DNA from: Parcubacteria group bacterium GW2011_GWA1_56_13
Lineage (GTDB): Bacteria; Patescibacteriota; Minisyncoccia; Phycocordibacterales; Phycocordibacteraceae
Direction of reading: 5' to 3'
Assembly (NCBI GenBank): GCA_001004905.1
Contig: LCRY01000002.1
Span: forward strand, 269,873 to 333,872
Length of the DNA: 64,000 nucleotides
Shown here piece by piece: positions 45,430 to 54,801 of the stretch (position 1 is its first letter; each line of letters starts with the position of its first letter). A program made the translations under genes and the position numbers. The notes under the pieces are model-generated. The model was given only the letters and a program-made list of their open reading frames with translations. It was not told the origin of the DNA and did not search any database.

Positions 45430-46065
45430 CTATTCCTCGTCAGGAAGTATCGGGATCTTCTCTCCCTCATACATCGGCCTCCGGTGCGTGAGGAGGTCGA
45501 ACGCGGCCTTTTCATTCGCGAACACTTCGCGGACGTAGTTGCTGAAGAGGATATGGCCGACATCGGTGTTCACGCCGTACGCTTCCATCCCGAGGCGGCG
45601 CGCAATGAAGATGGCGCGCGGCAGATGGAACGACTGGCTTGCGATGAGAACGGACGAGACGCCGAATATCTCCCGCGCGCGGTACATGGTGCTGTAGGTG
45701 TCGAAGCCCGCGTGGTCGAGGAAAATGTCTTTGTCGGGAATCCCATTCTGAAGCAGGTAGTCGCGGACTGGGTCGACTTCATTGTGGCCCGCCGTTCCGT
45801 TGTCTCCCGACACCAGTATTTTCGGCGCCTTGCCGCGCGTATAGAGCTCGATGGCCGTGTTCACGCGGTCTATAAATACGGGCGCGGGCGCGCCGCTCGG
45901 AAGCACGGGCGCGCCCGGAATGAGTATCACACCGGCGTGCGGTGCGGCCGCCGCGTCGTTATAGAGATACGGCCGCGCCTCGCCGTACACGGCCGCGTTG
46001 ACGGCGAGAATAAGCAGCAGCAACGACCCGAGGCCGAGTGCGGCGAAGGAAGCGAGGCGTTTCAT
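45430..46065 (-). CDS. SanA/YdcF (DUF218) family protein
   Basis: LVSGDNG, DHAGFDTYSTMYRA, SQSFHLPRA. Confidence 0.9.
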   Translation of the reverse strand: MKRLASFAALGLGSLLLLILAVNAAVYGEARPYLYNDAAAAPHAGVILIPGAPVLPSGAPAPVFIDRVNTAIELYTRGKAPKILVSGDNGTAGHNEVDPVRDYLLQNGIPDKDIFLDHAGFDTYSTMYRAREIFGVSSVLIASQSFHLPRAIFIARRLGMEAYGVNTDVGHILFSNYVREVFANEKAAFDLLTHRRPMYEGEKIPILPDEE

Positions 46066-46220
46066 CCCGCTAGTATACGCATTTTCCCGGCTGCGGCACC
46101 GGTAAGAAGGGGGTGGGCGTTCCGTCGCCTTGTGTAGAGGTCTGGTTGGGTACGCCCGCGCCGGCCTTGAGGCGGTGCTGCATGCTGCACATTGCCCTTT
46201 ACGAGCTAAATAAAGGAATA

Positions 46221-47168
46221 ATGAAAAACGACACGCTCAGGACGCTGCTCGGCTATGTGCTTGCGGCGTCGCTCGCGCTTTCTCCCGCCATGGCATTTGC
46301 CAAGGAAAACGGACGGGGAAACGCGCGAGCGAGCGTGAGCGCAAGCGAGCGCGCGGACGTGCGTGCGCATACTGACGCGGATGAACAGGAGGATGCGGAT
46401 GAAAACGGACGGAAAGACGGGCGCGCGAACGTCGCTACGTGCCTGACTGCGTTCGGGCATCTCATCGCACCGGGATGGATAAAGCATCATGGAACGACGA
46501 CCGTCGCTTCCCACTGCTTCCTTCCTTTCGGCATTGCCAAGAAACTCGGACTTGAACGCCCGTCTCGCCCGGCAACGACCACTCCGCAGGACATGACCGC
46601 CCCGTCCGTCTTCGTCGTAACGTCGGGCACGGGAACGACCACGGCGACGATAACCTGGTTCACTACCGAACACGCCGATTCGCAAGTCGCGTACGGCACG
46701 ACCACGTCGTATGGCTCGGTGACCGCCCTTAACTCGGGCATGACTTTCCTCCACTCGGTCACCATCACCGGTCTTGCTCCCGCGACGACCTATCACTTCC
46801 AGGTGAAGTCGCGTGACGCAAGCGGCAACCTCGGCACCTCTGCCGACGGCACCTTCACGACCAAATCACTCCCCGACACGGCCGCGCCGGTCCTCTCGGC
46901 GCTCTCGGTCTCCGGCCTCGGCTCCACGACCGCGACGATATCGTGGGCGACCGATGAGCCGGCAACAAGCAAGGTATATGTCGCTTCCGGCACGTCGCTC
47001 GATCTCGCAACTGCCGATGCGGTGCTGAACACCGACCTCGTGACGAATCACGCGATAACGGTGGGCGGCCTCTCGGCTTCGACGACCTACAGCTTCGCTG
47101 TACGGTCGCAGGACGCCGCGGGCAACACTGCCACCTCAGGAACGAGTTCGTTCGTGACTGGCTTATAG
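46221..47168 (+). CDS. Secreted protein with two fibronectin type III-like domains
   Basis: Signal peptide; two ATI(T/S)W.T.E.A.S.V...H..T..GL...TTY.F.V.S.DA.GN repeats. Confidence 0.85.
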   Translation: MKNDTLRTLLGYVLAASLALSPAMAFAKENGRGNARASVSASERADVRAHTDADEQEDADENGRKDGRANVATCLTAFGHLIAPGWIKHHGTTTVASHCFLPFGIAKKLGLERPSRPATTTPQDMTAPSVFVVTSGTGTTTATITWFTTEHADSQVAYGTTTSYGSVTALNSGMTFLHSVTITGLAPATTYHFQVKSRDASGNLGTSADGTFTTKSLPDTAAPVLSALSVSGLGSTTATISWATDEPATSKVYVASGTSLDLATADAVLNTDLVTNHAITVGGLSASTTYSFAVRSQDAAGNTATSGTSSFVTGL

Positions 47169-47296
47169 TCGGTACCTGAAACGAACGGGAACAGGGCGCC
47201 CTCCGGGCGCCCTGTTTCTTTTTTACTGAAAAAATAAAAGAGCGGGAGCCGTGCGGCTCCCGCGAATCACTCGAATTTCGTTCTTTTGAAATGATG

Positions 47297-47725
47297 TTAC
47301 TGCGGCCCTTGGTTCGTGCGCCTCCGCATTTCCAGGATGCTCTCCAGGTGCCGTAGCTGCAGACAGAAGAACCACACGGCCGCGATGACGGATAGCACCG
47401 CGAGCGCCCAGTAGAGCACGGCGACCGGAAGCAGGTCCGGGAAAGCGATGCGGACGTACATTCCCCGGTTGTAGAGGCCGATGGCGAAGGCCATCGCTAC
47501 GCCGAAAAATGTGATCCAGGCCACGTCTTTCAATTTCCACCGCAGGAGGTCCGCAACCGCGAGGGCGACAGCCCACCAGACGGCGTCGGAAAGCGCCATG
47601 ACGGTCATCTTCGTGATGACGGGCGGGTTCGCCCAGACGGCAAGCCCGACGAACGCCAAGAGGACGATCCAACAAACCACGATGCCGTGAATCCAGAAAA
47701 GAACAGCTGTCATCTCCTGCCGCAT
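47297..47725 (-). CDS. Orphan four-TM membrane protein
   Basis: GGGAGG SD; terminator at about 47228-47263. Confidence 0.65.
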   Translation of the reverse strand: MRQEMTAVLFWIHGIVVCWIVLLAFVGLAVWANPPVITKMTVMALSDAVWWAVALAVADLLRWKLKDVAWITFFGVAMAFAIGLYNRGMYVRIAFPDLLPVAVLYWALAVLSVIAAVWFFCLQLRHLESILEMRRRTNQGPQ

Positions 47726-47843
47726 AAGACCTCCCTTCCGGTTAGGAATACTGGCACGATTTCAGTGCTGTGATTATATTAAAAATTCGCTTGCTGTCAA
47801 CGTTCGCGGTGGCCGGCGCGCCTCACGGGGTATACTTGAGCGA

Positions 47844-49019
47844 ATGCGGAAAAGAAGATCTGCGCCGCCGAAGAAGTTCTTTTGGAGCATTGCGCTTGGC
47901 GGCCTGCTACTCGTGGGCGTCGGCGTGTCCGCGTGGCTTGGTGCCGCGGGCGACACGGAGGAGGCGCTCGGCTCGACAACGCAGGCGGTGCCGTATCCGG
48001 CTCAATATTCCGACGCGCATATCACCGAGAATGCGGTGGTTGCCGATCCGCGATTCAAAGATATCGCTATTCCACGGCGGATAAGTTTTCTGGCAAGCGT
48101 TCTCCCGGGATTCCCGCCGTCCAGGAGTTTCGCGCCGGACACTTCCGAGCCGGAACAAGGCACGTGGCTATGGACCCCGACGCTCGACATCACCCCGCAG
48201 TACCGGGACGCCGTCATCGCCGAAGCGCGCAACAACGGCATCCGGAATATCTATCTCTCGATAGATTCCTATCTGGACATCTACGTCATGCCGGACGGGC
48301 CGGAGAAATACGCAAAGCAAAAAGCGTTCGACAAGGTGCTCGAGGACTTCATCGCCACGGCGCGCGCAAGCGGCATCGCGGTTGACGCGGAGGGAGGGTG
48401 GAGGAATTGGGCGGAAAAGGGGCACGTGTACAAGCCGTTCGCCCTGCTGGAGTACGTCAAAGGATTCAATGCCGCCCATACCGAGAAATTCCGCGGATTC
48501 CAGTACGACATCGAGCCCTATCTCCTCTCCGAATATCAGGGCGATAAGAGACGGGTGTTGAGCGACTATCTCGACCTCATGGGCGAGACGGTGGCGCGGC
48601 TCGACAGCACCGATCTGCTGTTCTCCGTCGTCATCCCCTATTTCTACGATGACGGTGACGAAACACCCCGGTTCGTGTACGGCTTGCGCGCCGGATATGC
48701 GCTCGACCACCTGTTCGCGATACTCGAGCGCCGGCCGGGGAGCAAGCTCATCGTAATGGCGTATCGCAACCATAGCGACGGCGCGGACGGGTCTGTAGAG
48801 ATCTCCCGCGGCGAGATGAAAATGTCGGAACGTTTTGCGACCAAGGTCGTCATCGCACAGGAAACGGGCGATGTCACGCCGTCCTTCGTCACCTTTTACA
48901 ATACGTCGCGTTCGCGCCTGAACGCGCAGCTGCAGAACATACACGACGCATTCGCCGAGAACAAAAGATACGACGGCACCGCCATTCACTATCTCAACGC
49001 CCTGTTGGCGCTCAAATAA
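47844..49019 (+). CDS. Membrane-anchored hypothetical protein with a probable TIM-barrel fold
   Basis: TM; TWLW, GFQYDIEPY, VMAYR, AQET, AIHY. Confidence 0.7.
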   Translation: MRKRRSAPPKKFFWSIALGGLLLVGVGVSAWLGAAGDTEEALGSTTQAVPYPAQYSDAHITENAVVADPRFKDIAIPRRISFLASVLPGFPPSRSFAPDTSEPEQGTWLWTPTLDITPQYRDAVIAEARNNGIRNIYLSIDSYLDIYVMPDGPEKYAKQKAFDKVLEDFIATARASGIAVDAEGGWRNWAEKGHVYKPFALLEYVKGFNAAHTEKFRGFQYDIEPYLLSEYQGDKRRVLSDYLDLMGETVARLDSTDLLFSVVIPYFYDDGDETPRFVYGLRAGYALDHLFAILERRPGSKLIVMAYRNHSDGADGSVEISRGEMKMSERFATKVVIAQETGDVTPSFVTFYNTSRSRLNAQLQNIHDAFAENKRYDGTAIHYLNALLALK

Positions 49020-49047
49020 AAAAGGGTTCGCCGATGGACCGGGAGGT

Positions 49048-49830
49048 CTAGTATTCGATGACTATCGGGAACGAGACGGAGGCGTCGTTGGCGGGAAGGC
49101 CCGAGGGGTTGTCCTTGTTCAGGACGATGGTTGCCCGGCCGATGTAGGATTCGGGCACCGAGACGTCGACGGCGAACGGTACGAAGTCGGTGGTCATCCA
49201 GTCGCTTCCCGCCTGGGCAACGACGATGGCAAGCCGCTCGCCGTCGTCGCCGAATACTTCTATCGGGAACGACGCTTCGAAGAACCAGTTGCCGCGGGCC
49301 TGTCCCGAGATCCGGAACGTCTTGCCGGTCACCGAGCCCGGCTGGGGCGTATCCACCTTGATAAGGTTTGCGGAAGCATTCCGGTAGGTAAAGGCGCGAG
49401 GTTCGACTTTGAAGGTGAAGCGGTAGTCGGAACTCTTGAGCGATACGGTCGAGACCTTTGCTGGTTCGACCGATACGAGCGTGACCGCCTCCACCTCGGT
49501 CGTGACGGGCTCGCCAACCAGGAATACCTGGTTGGCGGTGCCGAGGCCGCTCGAGAGCGTCGCGCGCAGGCGCACGCGCCCCGCCTGGATGCACTGCACG
49601 TCCGTCGGACAGCGGCTGTCCTCGACTACTTCGCGCGGCGTAAGCGTCACTGCCCCGACCGAGCCGGTCTCGCCGAGCGCAAGCGTGATAAGCCCGCCCT
49701 CTTGCTCGTCGGTACTGGCGGCCGGAGGCGCTTCCCCGCCCTTCCGATATGTATTCCAGGCGGACCATCCGCCGACCACCATCGCGATACCGATCGCCGT
49801 CGCCAACAGTATTTTTACGTTCGGGGTCAT
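49048..49830 (-). CDS. Membrane-anchored protein with a Gmad2-type Ig-like domain
   Basis: EDSRCPTDVQCIQAG; GQARGNWFFEASFP...WMTTDFVPF...KDNPSGLP. Confidence 0.85.
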   Translation of the reverse strand: MTPNVKILLATAIGIAMVVGGWSAWNTYRKGGEAPPAASTDEQEGGLITLALGETGSVGAVTLTPREVVEDSRCPTDVQCIQAGRVRLRATLSSGLGTANQVFLVGEPVTTEVEAVTLVSVEPAKVSTVSLKSSDYRFTFKVEPRAFTYRNASANLIKVDTPQPGSVTGKTFRISGQARGNWFFEASFPIEVFGDDGERLAIVVAQAGSDWMTTDFVPFAVDVSVPESYIGRATIVLNKDNPSGLPANDASVSFPIVIEY

Positions 49831-50017
49831 ATGCGGTTATTCTACCAAAAACGTTCCCATATCACACGCGAAGCGTCTCTGGCCTCGACGCGTGACGTGG
49901 GAATGAGCGAATATCGACCGGTCCATTCTCGCCTGTATCGCATGAGATTCGGATGAACTCGACGATTAAAAAAGCCCGCGTCCCTCTTGACGCGGGCTTT
50001 GAGGATGCCTATTGCTT

Positions 50018-50260
50018 TTATTCGACGAGGTGTGCAAGGACTCCCATTTCGTCCGGTTCGAGGAAGACCGTGGCGCCTTCGAGCATTTCAGCGAAAGCAT
50101 GGTCATCGGGAATTTCCGCCTCGAAGGTCTTTTCGTATGGTTCTCCTTCTTTTCTCCCGGCCATTGCCGCTTTCGTTGTCTCAAGCTGTGCATGGTCCCT
50201 GCTGAGGGAAACCACGACTCCCTTGCCGTAGATCTGCCACTGCTGCACTAGGACTCGCAT
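50018..50260 (-). CDS. Orphan small protein
   Basis: GGAGG SD before MRVLVQQW; terminator at 49967-50000. Confidence 0.6.
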   Translation of the reverse strand: MRVLVQQWQIYGKGVVVSLSRDHAQLETTKAAMAGRKEGEPYEKTFEAEIPDDHAFAEMLEGATVFLEPDEMGVLAHLVE

Positions 50261-50417
50261 GGGTTCCCCTCCTTGCGCAATTTCGCATATGTTTCCGACT
50301 TCAAGGTATCGAGCGGATTCACGCGACCTCCTAAGAAGAGTTTGAGTGTACGTATAACCTACTCTGCGTACAGAGATATCACGAGGAAAGCCAGAAATCA
50401 AAGGAGGGCCGGGCGTG

Positions 50418-50612
50418 TCAGAGTGCGCTCTTTTCGGGCGCGAGCGGGACGAATATCCACGCGGCGATGTAGGCGATGAGGAACGCGCCGGAGAACATGA
50501 GGCCGAACGTGACGAGCCGGACGATGATGGGGTCAATGTCGAAATATTCGGCAAGCCCTCCCGCCACTCCGCCGATGATTCTGTTGGTCCGCGAACGATA
50601 AAGTTTTTTCAT
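50418..50612 (-). CDS. PspC-domain protein
   Basis: KKLYRSRTNRIIGGVAGGLAEYFDIDP..VRL. Confidence 0.92.
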   Translation of the reverse strand: MKKLYRSRTNRIIGGVAGGLAEYFDIDPIIVRLVTFGLMFSGAFLIAYIAAWIFVPLAPEKSAL

Positions 50613-50905
50613 CCTGTAGTGAAATTTTGGTTTGTTAAATCCTTCGACCTTTCCTTATATAGGAACTCTTTTAATCTCCTCTTTAATAGTCTACCACCTT
50701 GGGTTGTCTTCAAATACCCCTCTCGCCTTTTGGCATCAACGTCATCGAGACAAGCCTCGTAGTAAATAATTTGCCATGGTAGATATCGCTTGGTCGACGG
50801 ATTTAACCCTTGATTATGTTCTGCCAACCTTCTTTTTAGGTCGGTAGTATACCCGACATACAACTCATTATTTTTCTTACTCTGTAGAACGTAGGTATAG
50901 AACAT
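50609..50905 (-). CDS. Stand-alone GIY-YIG nuclease
   Basis: YTYVL...YVGYTTDLKRRLAEHN...YYEA...AKRREGYLK. Confidence 0.92.
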   Translation of the reverse strand: MFYTYVLQSKKNNELYVGYTTDLKRRLAEHNQGLNPSTKRYLPWQIIYYEACLDDVDAKRREGYLKTTQGGRLLKRRLKEFLYKERSKDLTNQNFTTG

Positions 50906-50932
50906 AATCAAACCAAAATTCTACTACGGGAT
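50611..50932. mobile_element. IR-bounded element carrying the GIY-YIG gene, inserted at the pspC start
   Basis: 24-bp IR (21/24) at 50611-50634 and 50909-50932; ATGAA on both sides; AT-rich interior. Confidence 0.8.
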
Positions 50933-50950
50933 TCATGCGTACAGTATACC

Positions 50951-51319
50951 TCAGTCGGCACTCGCTTTATTCGCCTTCGCTTTTGCCTTTAGCATTCGCT
51001 GTATGACTGTCGCCGGAACTTTTTGGTCGAATCGTATCTGTACGGTTTTACTGCCGGTCGTATAGCCCTTCTTTTCAAGCGCTTTGCGGTCTTTGTTTGG
51101 GAGCGCGGAGGCGAAGCCGAATCCGGCGTGATTCTTGAACGCGGCAAATCCGGCAAGAAGCCCGTGATATTTGTAGAACGGTATGCCCCAGCTTATTCCC
51201 TCTTCCGCTTTCGGAATGGCCGACGTTATGACTTTCCGGAGCTCTTTGAGCGTCGGACGGGCTTCTTTGCCCGAACCGGCGATGTAAGCGTCAACATCTT
51301 TTGCGCGATAGTTCCTCAT
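50951..51319 (-). CDS. DUF1801 (YdhG-like) protein
   Basis: VDAYIA...LRKVI..AIPKAEEGISWGIPFY...AAFKNH. Confidence 0.88.
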   Translation of the reverse strand: MRNYRAKDVDAYIAGSGKEARPTLKELRKVITSAIPKAEEGISWGIPFYKYHGLLAGFAAFKNHAGFGFASALPNKDRKALEKKGYTTGSKTVQIRFDQKVPATVIQRMLKAKAKANKASAD

Positions 51320-51362
51320 ATGCCTGGTCGGGTGATTTTACCATTTTGACCCTCTTCGGAAT

Positions 51363-52139
51363 TTATATTCTTTCAGTGTTCTGAACTAAGTTATTCAGTT
51401 CTGCATATAACCTTACGAAGAATTTTTTCATATCTAATTTGTGAGTTTCGCCAATTGGAACCTTCGACTTCAATATTCCGCCAACTTGTTTACTAAATCT
51501 AGAGTTTGTCTTACCGCCTGAATGTAAAGTAATATTTCTTAAAGCGTTGAGGAGTTTCAGCCTTTCGAGATCCTTCTTAGTTTTAAATATTTTTATGCCA
51601 AAACGTTGTGTCAGAAAAGTGGCCCAAGTATCTATATCTTGGGATTTTTCAATGGCTATGGAATCAATAAAGTAGTTCTTGACCTCTAAAACCTTTTTAA
51701 AATCCTTAACATCTTCAAACTTGAGAACTCTTTCCGACTGAAACGATGACGGGTATTTTTTAAATAATTCTTTTAGTATCTCAAACATAAAACATTCAAA
51801 GTTTGCAAATAACGCTATAAATCCTAGTTCGTAGAGCTTCACCATTTGATTGTCGTTAATTTCCAGGTATTTTTTAAACTGTCCGTATCCCGGGTGAGTT
51901 TTTGCCTTCGTAAAATCAAGTAGTTGCTCGGTTGCTCCAATCTGCGCCTCTAACGCATGAATTAGTAGGTATGTCTCCTGAACCTCTTTTTTTAGGTTGA
52001 TTAAGGATTTTAGATTTTTAGAGTTAATTTTTTCATAAAATTCTTCGGAGTCCGAAACTATCTCAAACGGCACATTCGGCCTACTGGCCTCAGTACACCT
52101 TCGCTCTCGCTCAGTTGCTGCCCGATGGGATTTGGTCAT
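51363..52139 (-). CDS. Putative HEPN-domain protein
   Basis: Helical; ANFECFM and RNITLH (Rx4H); AT-rich. Confidence 0.55.
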   Translation of the reverse strand: MTKSHRAATERERRCTEASRPNVPFEIVSDSEEFYEKINSKNLKSLINLKKEVQETYLLIHALEAQIGATEQLLDFTKAKTHPGYGQFKKYLEINDNQMVKLYELGFIALFANFECFMFEILKELFKKYPSSFQSERVLKFEDVKDFKKVLEVKNYFIDSIAIEKSQDIDTWATFLTQRFGIKIFKTKKDLERLKLLNALRNITLHSGGKTNSRFSKQVGGILKSKVPIGETHKLDMKKFFVRLYAELNNLVQNTERI

Positions 52140-52151
52140 ATATAAGGAGGA

Positions 52152-53084
52152 TTACTGAGAGAAATCTTTTAGTTTGAAACTGATCTCATATAGAAAGACT
52201 TCGATATTGGGGACCATCCGGAGTGCGTAATCTAGACGTTTGTCGTAAGATCCGGCGACTATAACTGCTTTCACATTATCGTCTCCCTTATTGGCCTTTA
52301 TCCAACCCATATATCGCGTAGCTTGCCCAACCGTGTCATCACTTGTTTGATTCCGCTTTAGTTCAATGACCACATGGCTACCAGTCTTTTTATCCTTTGC
52401 GAGAATATCAATCGGACCTATATCCGTTTTGTATTGCTGGCTCATGAGTTCTCCATCTTCAACAATTAAGTCGAAGCGTTTCCCAAGCTCTGTGTTATCC
52501 CAATTATGAATTAGAAAGTCCTCAAGTTGCTTTTCCATGTAAAAAAGACCTTGGCTCGTCGGGGATTTCTCGTCCCGAATCTTAAGAGAAGCTACTTTGC
52601 CATAATATTCGAGCAACGTCTGAAGATCTGATTCAAGTTCTTTATCTCCAGCTAACTCTCCGCTTTTAGCGTATACGATTGCGAAACTATCACTGTGTTT
52701 CGCAAACTGTAATTGATATACCTTGAAAACAAAAGAATCTCCGTATCGAGGAACCTTCTCTCCAAAGAAAGCTTCAATAGTGTTAGCTTCATTTTGTATT
52801 TCCACTGGCCAAGCTTCTGCGTATGCTTCAGTCTCGCTCACTCCATATGCAAGAATTAGTGTTTGACGATCTTTGTAATAAAGATATACGGGGTAAAAAC
52901 CCTTACTCACTTTCATTTCCGGAGTAGTGAACGCAATCCAAGGAACTCTTGCGGGAGATCCCATACCAAATGACACCTGCATCCGGAAATCGGCTAGAGT
53001 TCTAGGGTAAATAGCTGTTTTAAGTTCCGTGGAATTAGCTTGAACGATAAAGTCTCTAAGGGTTTTGGCAAAGCCGTCCATCAT
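52152..53084 (-). CDS. McrB-N (DUF3578)-like domain fused to a NucS-like PD-(D/E)XK nuclease
   Basis: SFGMGSPARVPWIAF...GFYPVYLY...LAYGVSE; EKQLEDFL...GPIDILAKD...VIELKR...GQATRYMGW. Confidence 0.8.
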   Translation of the reverse strand: MMDGFAKTLRDFIVQANSTELKTAIYPRTLADFRMQVSFGMGSPARVPWIAFTTPEMKVSKGFYPVYLYYKDRQTLILAYGVSETEAYAEAWPVEIQNEANTIEAFFGEKVPRYGDSFVFKVYQLQFAKHSDSFAIVYAKSGELAGDKELESDLQTLLEYYGKVASLKIRDEKSPTSQGLFYMEKQLEDFLIHNWDNTELGKRFDLIVEDGELMSQQYKTDIGPIDILAKDKKTGSHVVIELKRNQTSDDTVGQATRYMGWIKANKGDDNVKAVIVAGSYDKRLDYALRMVPNIEVFLYEISFKLKDFSQ

Positions 53085-53178
53085 ATAATTTCCAATCTAA
53101 TCCGCCCTAGTCACAGGTACGGTGTCCCGATTTGCTGCCTGCGATTCCTGTATCTGATATCGTCTCCAGCATATGGCA

Positions 53179-53215
53179 AAATCATCCCACAAAATCTTCA
53201 TTTTTGCGACTCCCC
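53179..53215. repeat. 37-bp direct repeat, copy 1
   Basis: AAATCATCCCACAAAATCTTCATTTTTGCGACTCCCC, identical at 53926. Confidence 0.9.
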
Positions 53216-53353
53216 CGCCCTGCAGCGGGTATCCCCAAGTAGGAGAGTTCACTTGAATTTAAGAATGCTTTTGGCTATAATGGGGGCATCTTTTGGTCCT
53301 CGGACTGAAAGGGTACTACATCCAAGAGCAGCCCTCCTCACGGAGGGCTGCTT

Positions 53354-53920
53354 CTATTTTTGCCGGTGCAGGAGTTGCCTGCCCCAAATATCATCTTCAA
53401 TAGTGAGGATATCGGTATATCCGTCCCCACCGGTTTTGAGTTCGCGCGAAATATTGTTTTTCGAGGAAAAGACATATGTCTTTTTGCCACCGTTGCGAAG
53501 GTATCTGACAAGAGCTAGGAAATCCGAATCGCCGGTAAAGAAAACTGCTGTGCTGTAGGAATCGCGATGATGCATTGCATCGATTGTTATCTCGACATCC
53601 ATGTTCCCTTTTTCTTCAAATGAATCGCCATTCTCGCCATGGATAGCGATGCGCTTCAGTTCTTTCTTTCGGACAATAAAGCCAAGTCCTTTTTTAAGAT
53701 AAGTATAGAATTTATGTTTGCCTTCGAGACTATAAGTCCGTGTCCCTTTTGCTGGGTACGCAGTATAGAAAAATATCCTAACTAATTTTGGTTTGAATCT
53801 ATTTTGGAGATATTTTTGCAATTTCTGATAGTCAAAGACCCGGCCTTTCGCTTTCTGAGCTTCCCACACATTTGCCGCATCAATAAAGACGGCGATGCTA
53901 TCGTGAATTGCCCGCGCCAT
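53354..53920 (-). CDS. NYN (LabA/DUF88) domain protein
   Basis: VFIDAANV, EKGNMDVEITID, FTGDSDF. Confidence 0.9.
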   Translation of the reverse strand: MARAIHDSIAVFIDAANVWEAQKAKGRVFDYQKLQKYLQNRFKPKLVRIFFYTAYPAKGTRTYSLEGKHKFYTYLKKGLGFIVRKKELKRIAIHGENGDSFEEKGNMDVEITIDAMHHRDSYSTAVFFTGDSDFLALVRYLRNGGKKTYVFSSKNNISRELKTGGDGYTDILTIEDDIWGRQLLHRQK

Positions 53921-53925
53921 ACATT

Positions 53926-53962
53926 AAATCATCCCACAAAATCTTCATTTTTGCGACTCCCC
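53926..53962. repeat. 37-bp direct repeat, copy 2
   Basis: Identical to 53179-53215; ends just upstream of the NYN start codon. Confidence 0.9.
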
Positions 53963-54014
53963 TACTGCCCGACAGGAACCGCGAGTACGCCTTGTGAAGG
54001 TGTCTTCGGCGGAG

Positions 54015-54629
54015 CTACCCTAAGTCCAGCTTTCGGAGAACAGCTTGTGTGTCATCCTCCTGTTTTCTGACTTCCACCCATGGATAACCGTATTTCTCGA
54101 CATCTGCCTTTAGCAGATGGCTGAATAGGGTTGCCCACTCAACCTCTTTTTCCTTTACTTCGTCGGGATACGTCCGTGCGCCATCCCATAAACCACGCTT
54201 AAAGATGACTTCGCGCATCCTGTCCGCATCCTCGTCTACTAGGAAAACCGCTTTAACATGAGGAGTATTGCTGAAGTCCCTTGCGACTAGGTGCGGTAAA
54301 ATGGCGACGCCCTCCACGACAAAACCCTTGCGCCACGGGTATTCCTCTTCAATAAGCTTCTTTACCCCAGGCCACGTTGCCTCTCCCTTCTCCATCTCCA
54401 TGCGCACTATTTCTTGGGCCGAAAATTCGGTGAGGAACTTTTCTCCTGAATAGCCCTCGTCGCTGAAAAGGTTCGGTATTTCCGAGGGGTTAGCAACGGT
54501 CCGCATTATTTCCTGTACTTGGTCCGTTGATATCCAAGGAACATTCAGATGCGCCGCAACTGCTTCGGCAATAGTTGACTTGCCGACCGTAGGAGCACCG
54601 CCTATCAAAATAATCTTTCTGTCTTTCAT
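54015..54629 (-). CDS. P-loop kinase (2-phosphoglycerate kinase-like)
   Basis: ILIGGAPTVGKST, ISTD, VVEGV. Confidence 0.8.
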   Translation of the reverse strand: MKDRKIILIGGAPTVGKSTIAEAVAAHLNVPWISTDQVQEIMRTVANPSEIPNLFSDEGYSGEKFLTEFSAQEIVRMEMEKGEATWPGVKKLIEEEYPWRKGFVVEGVAILPHLVARDFSNTPHVKAVFLVDEDADRMREVIFKRGLWDGARTYPDEVKEKEVEWATLFSHLLKADVEKYGYPWVEVRKQEDDTQAVLRKLDLG

Positions 54630-54801
54630 ATACGTGATTATATCGCACCACCAAAATCATGTATTTGAACGCGTCTGCAACGCAAGAACCTATCCCAAAC
54701 TGGTACGTTCGGCCTGGGACGGTATTGGAACTTCACCCGAGTCTAATGAATCCTAAGTTAGGATGTTGCTCACGTACCGTGAAATTCTATCGTACGCATA
54801 C

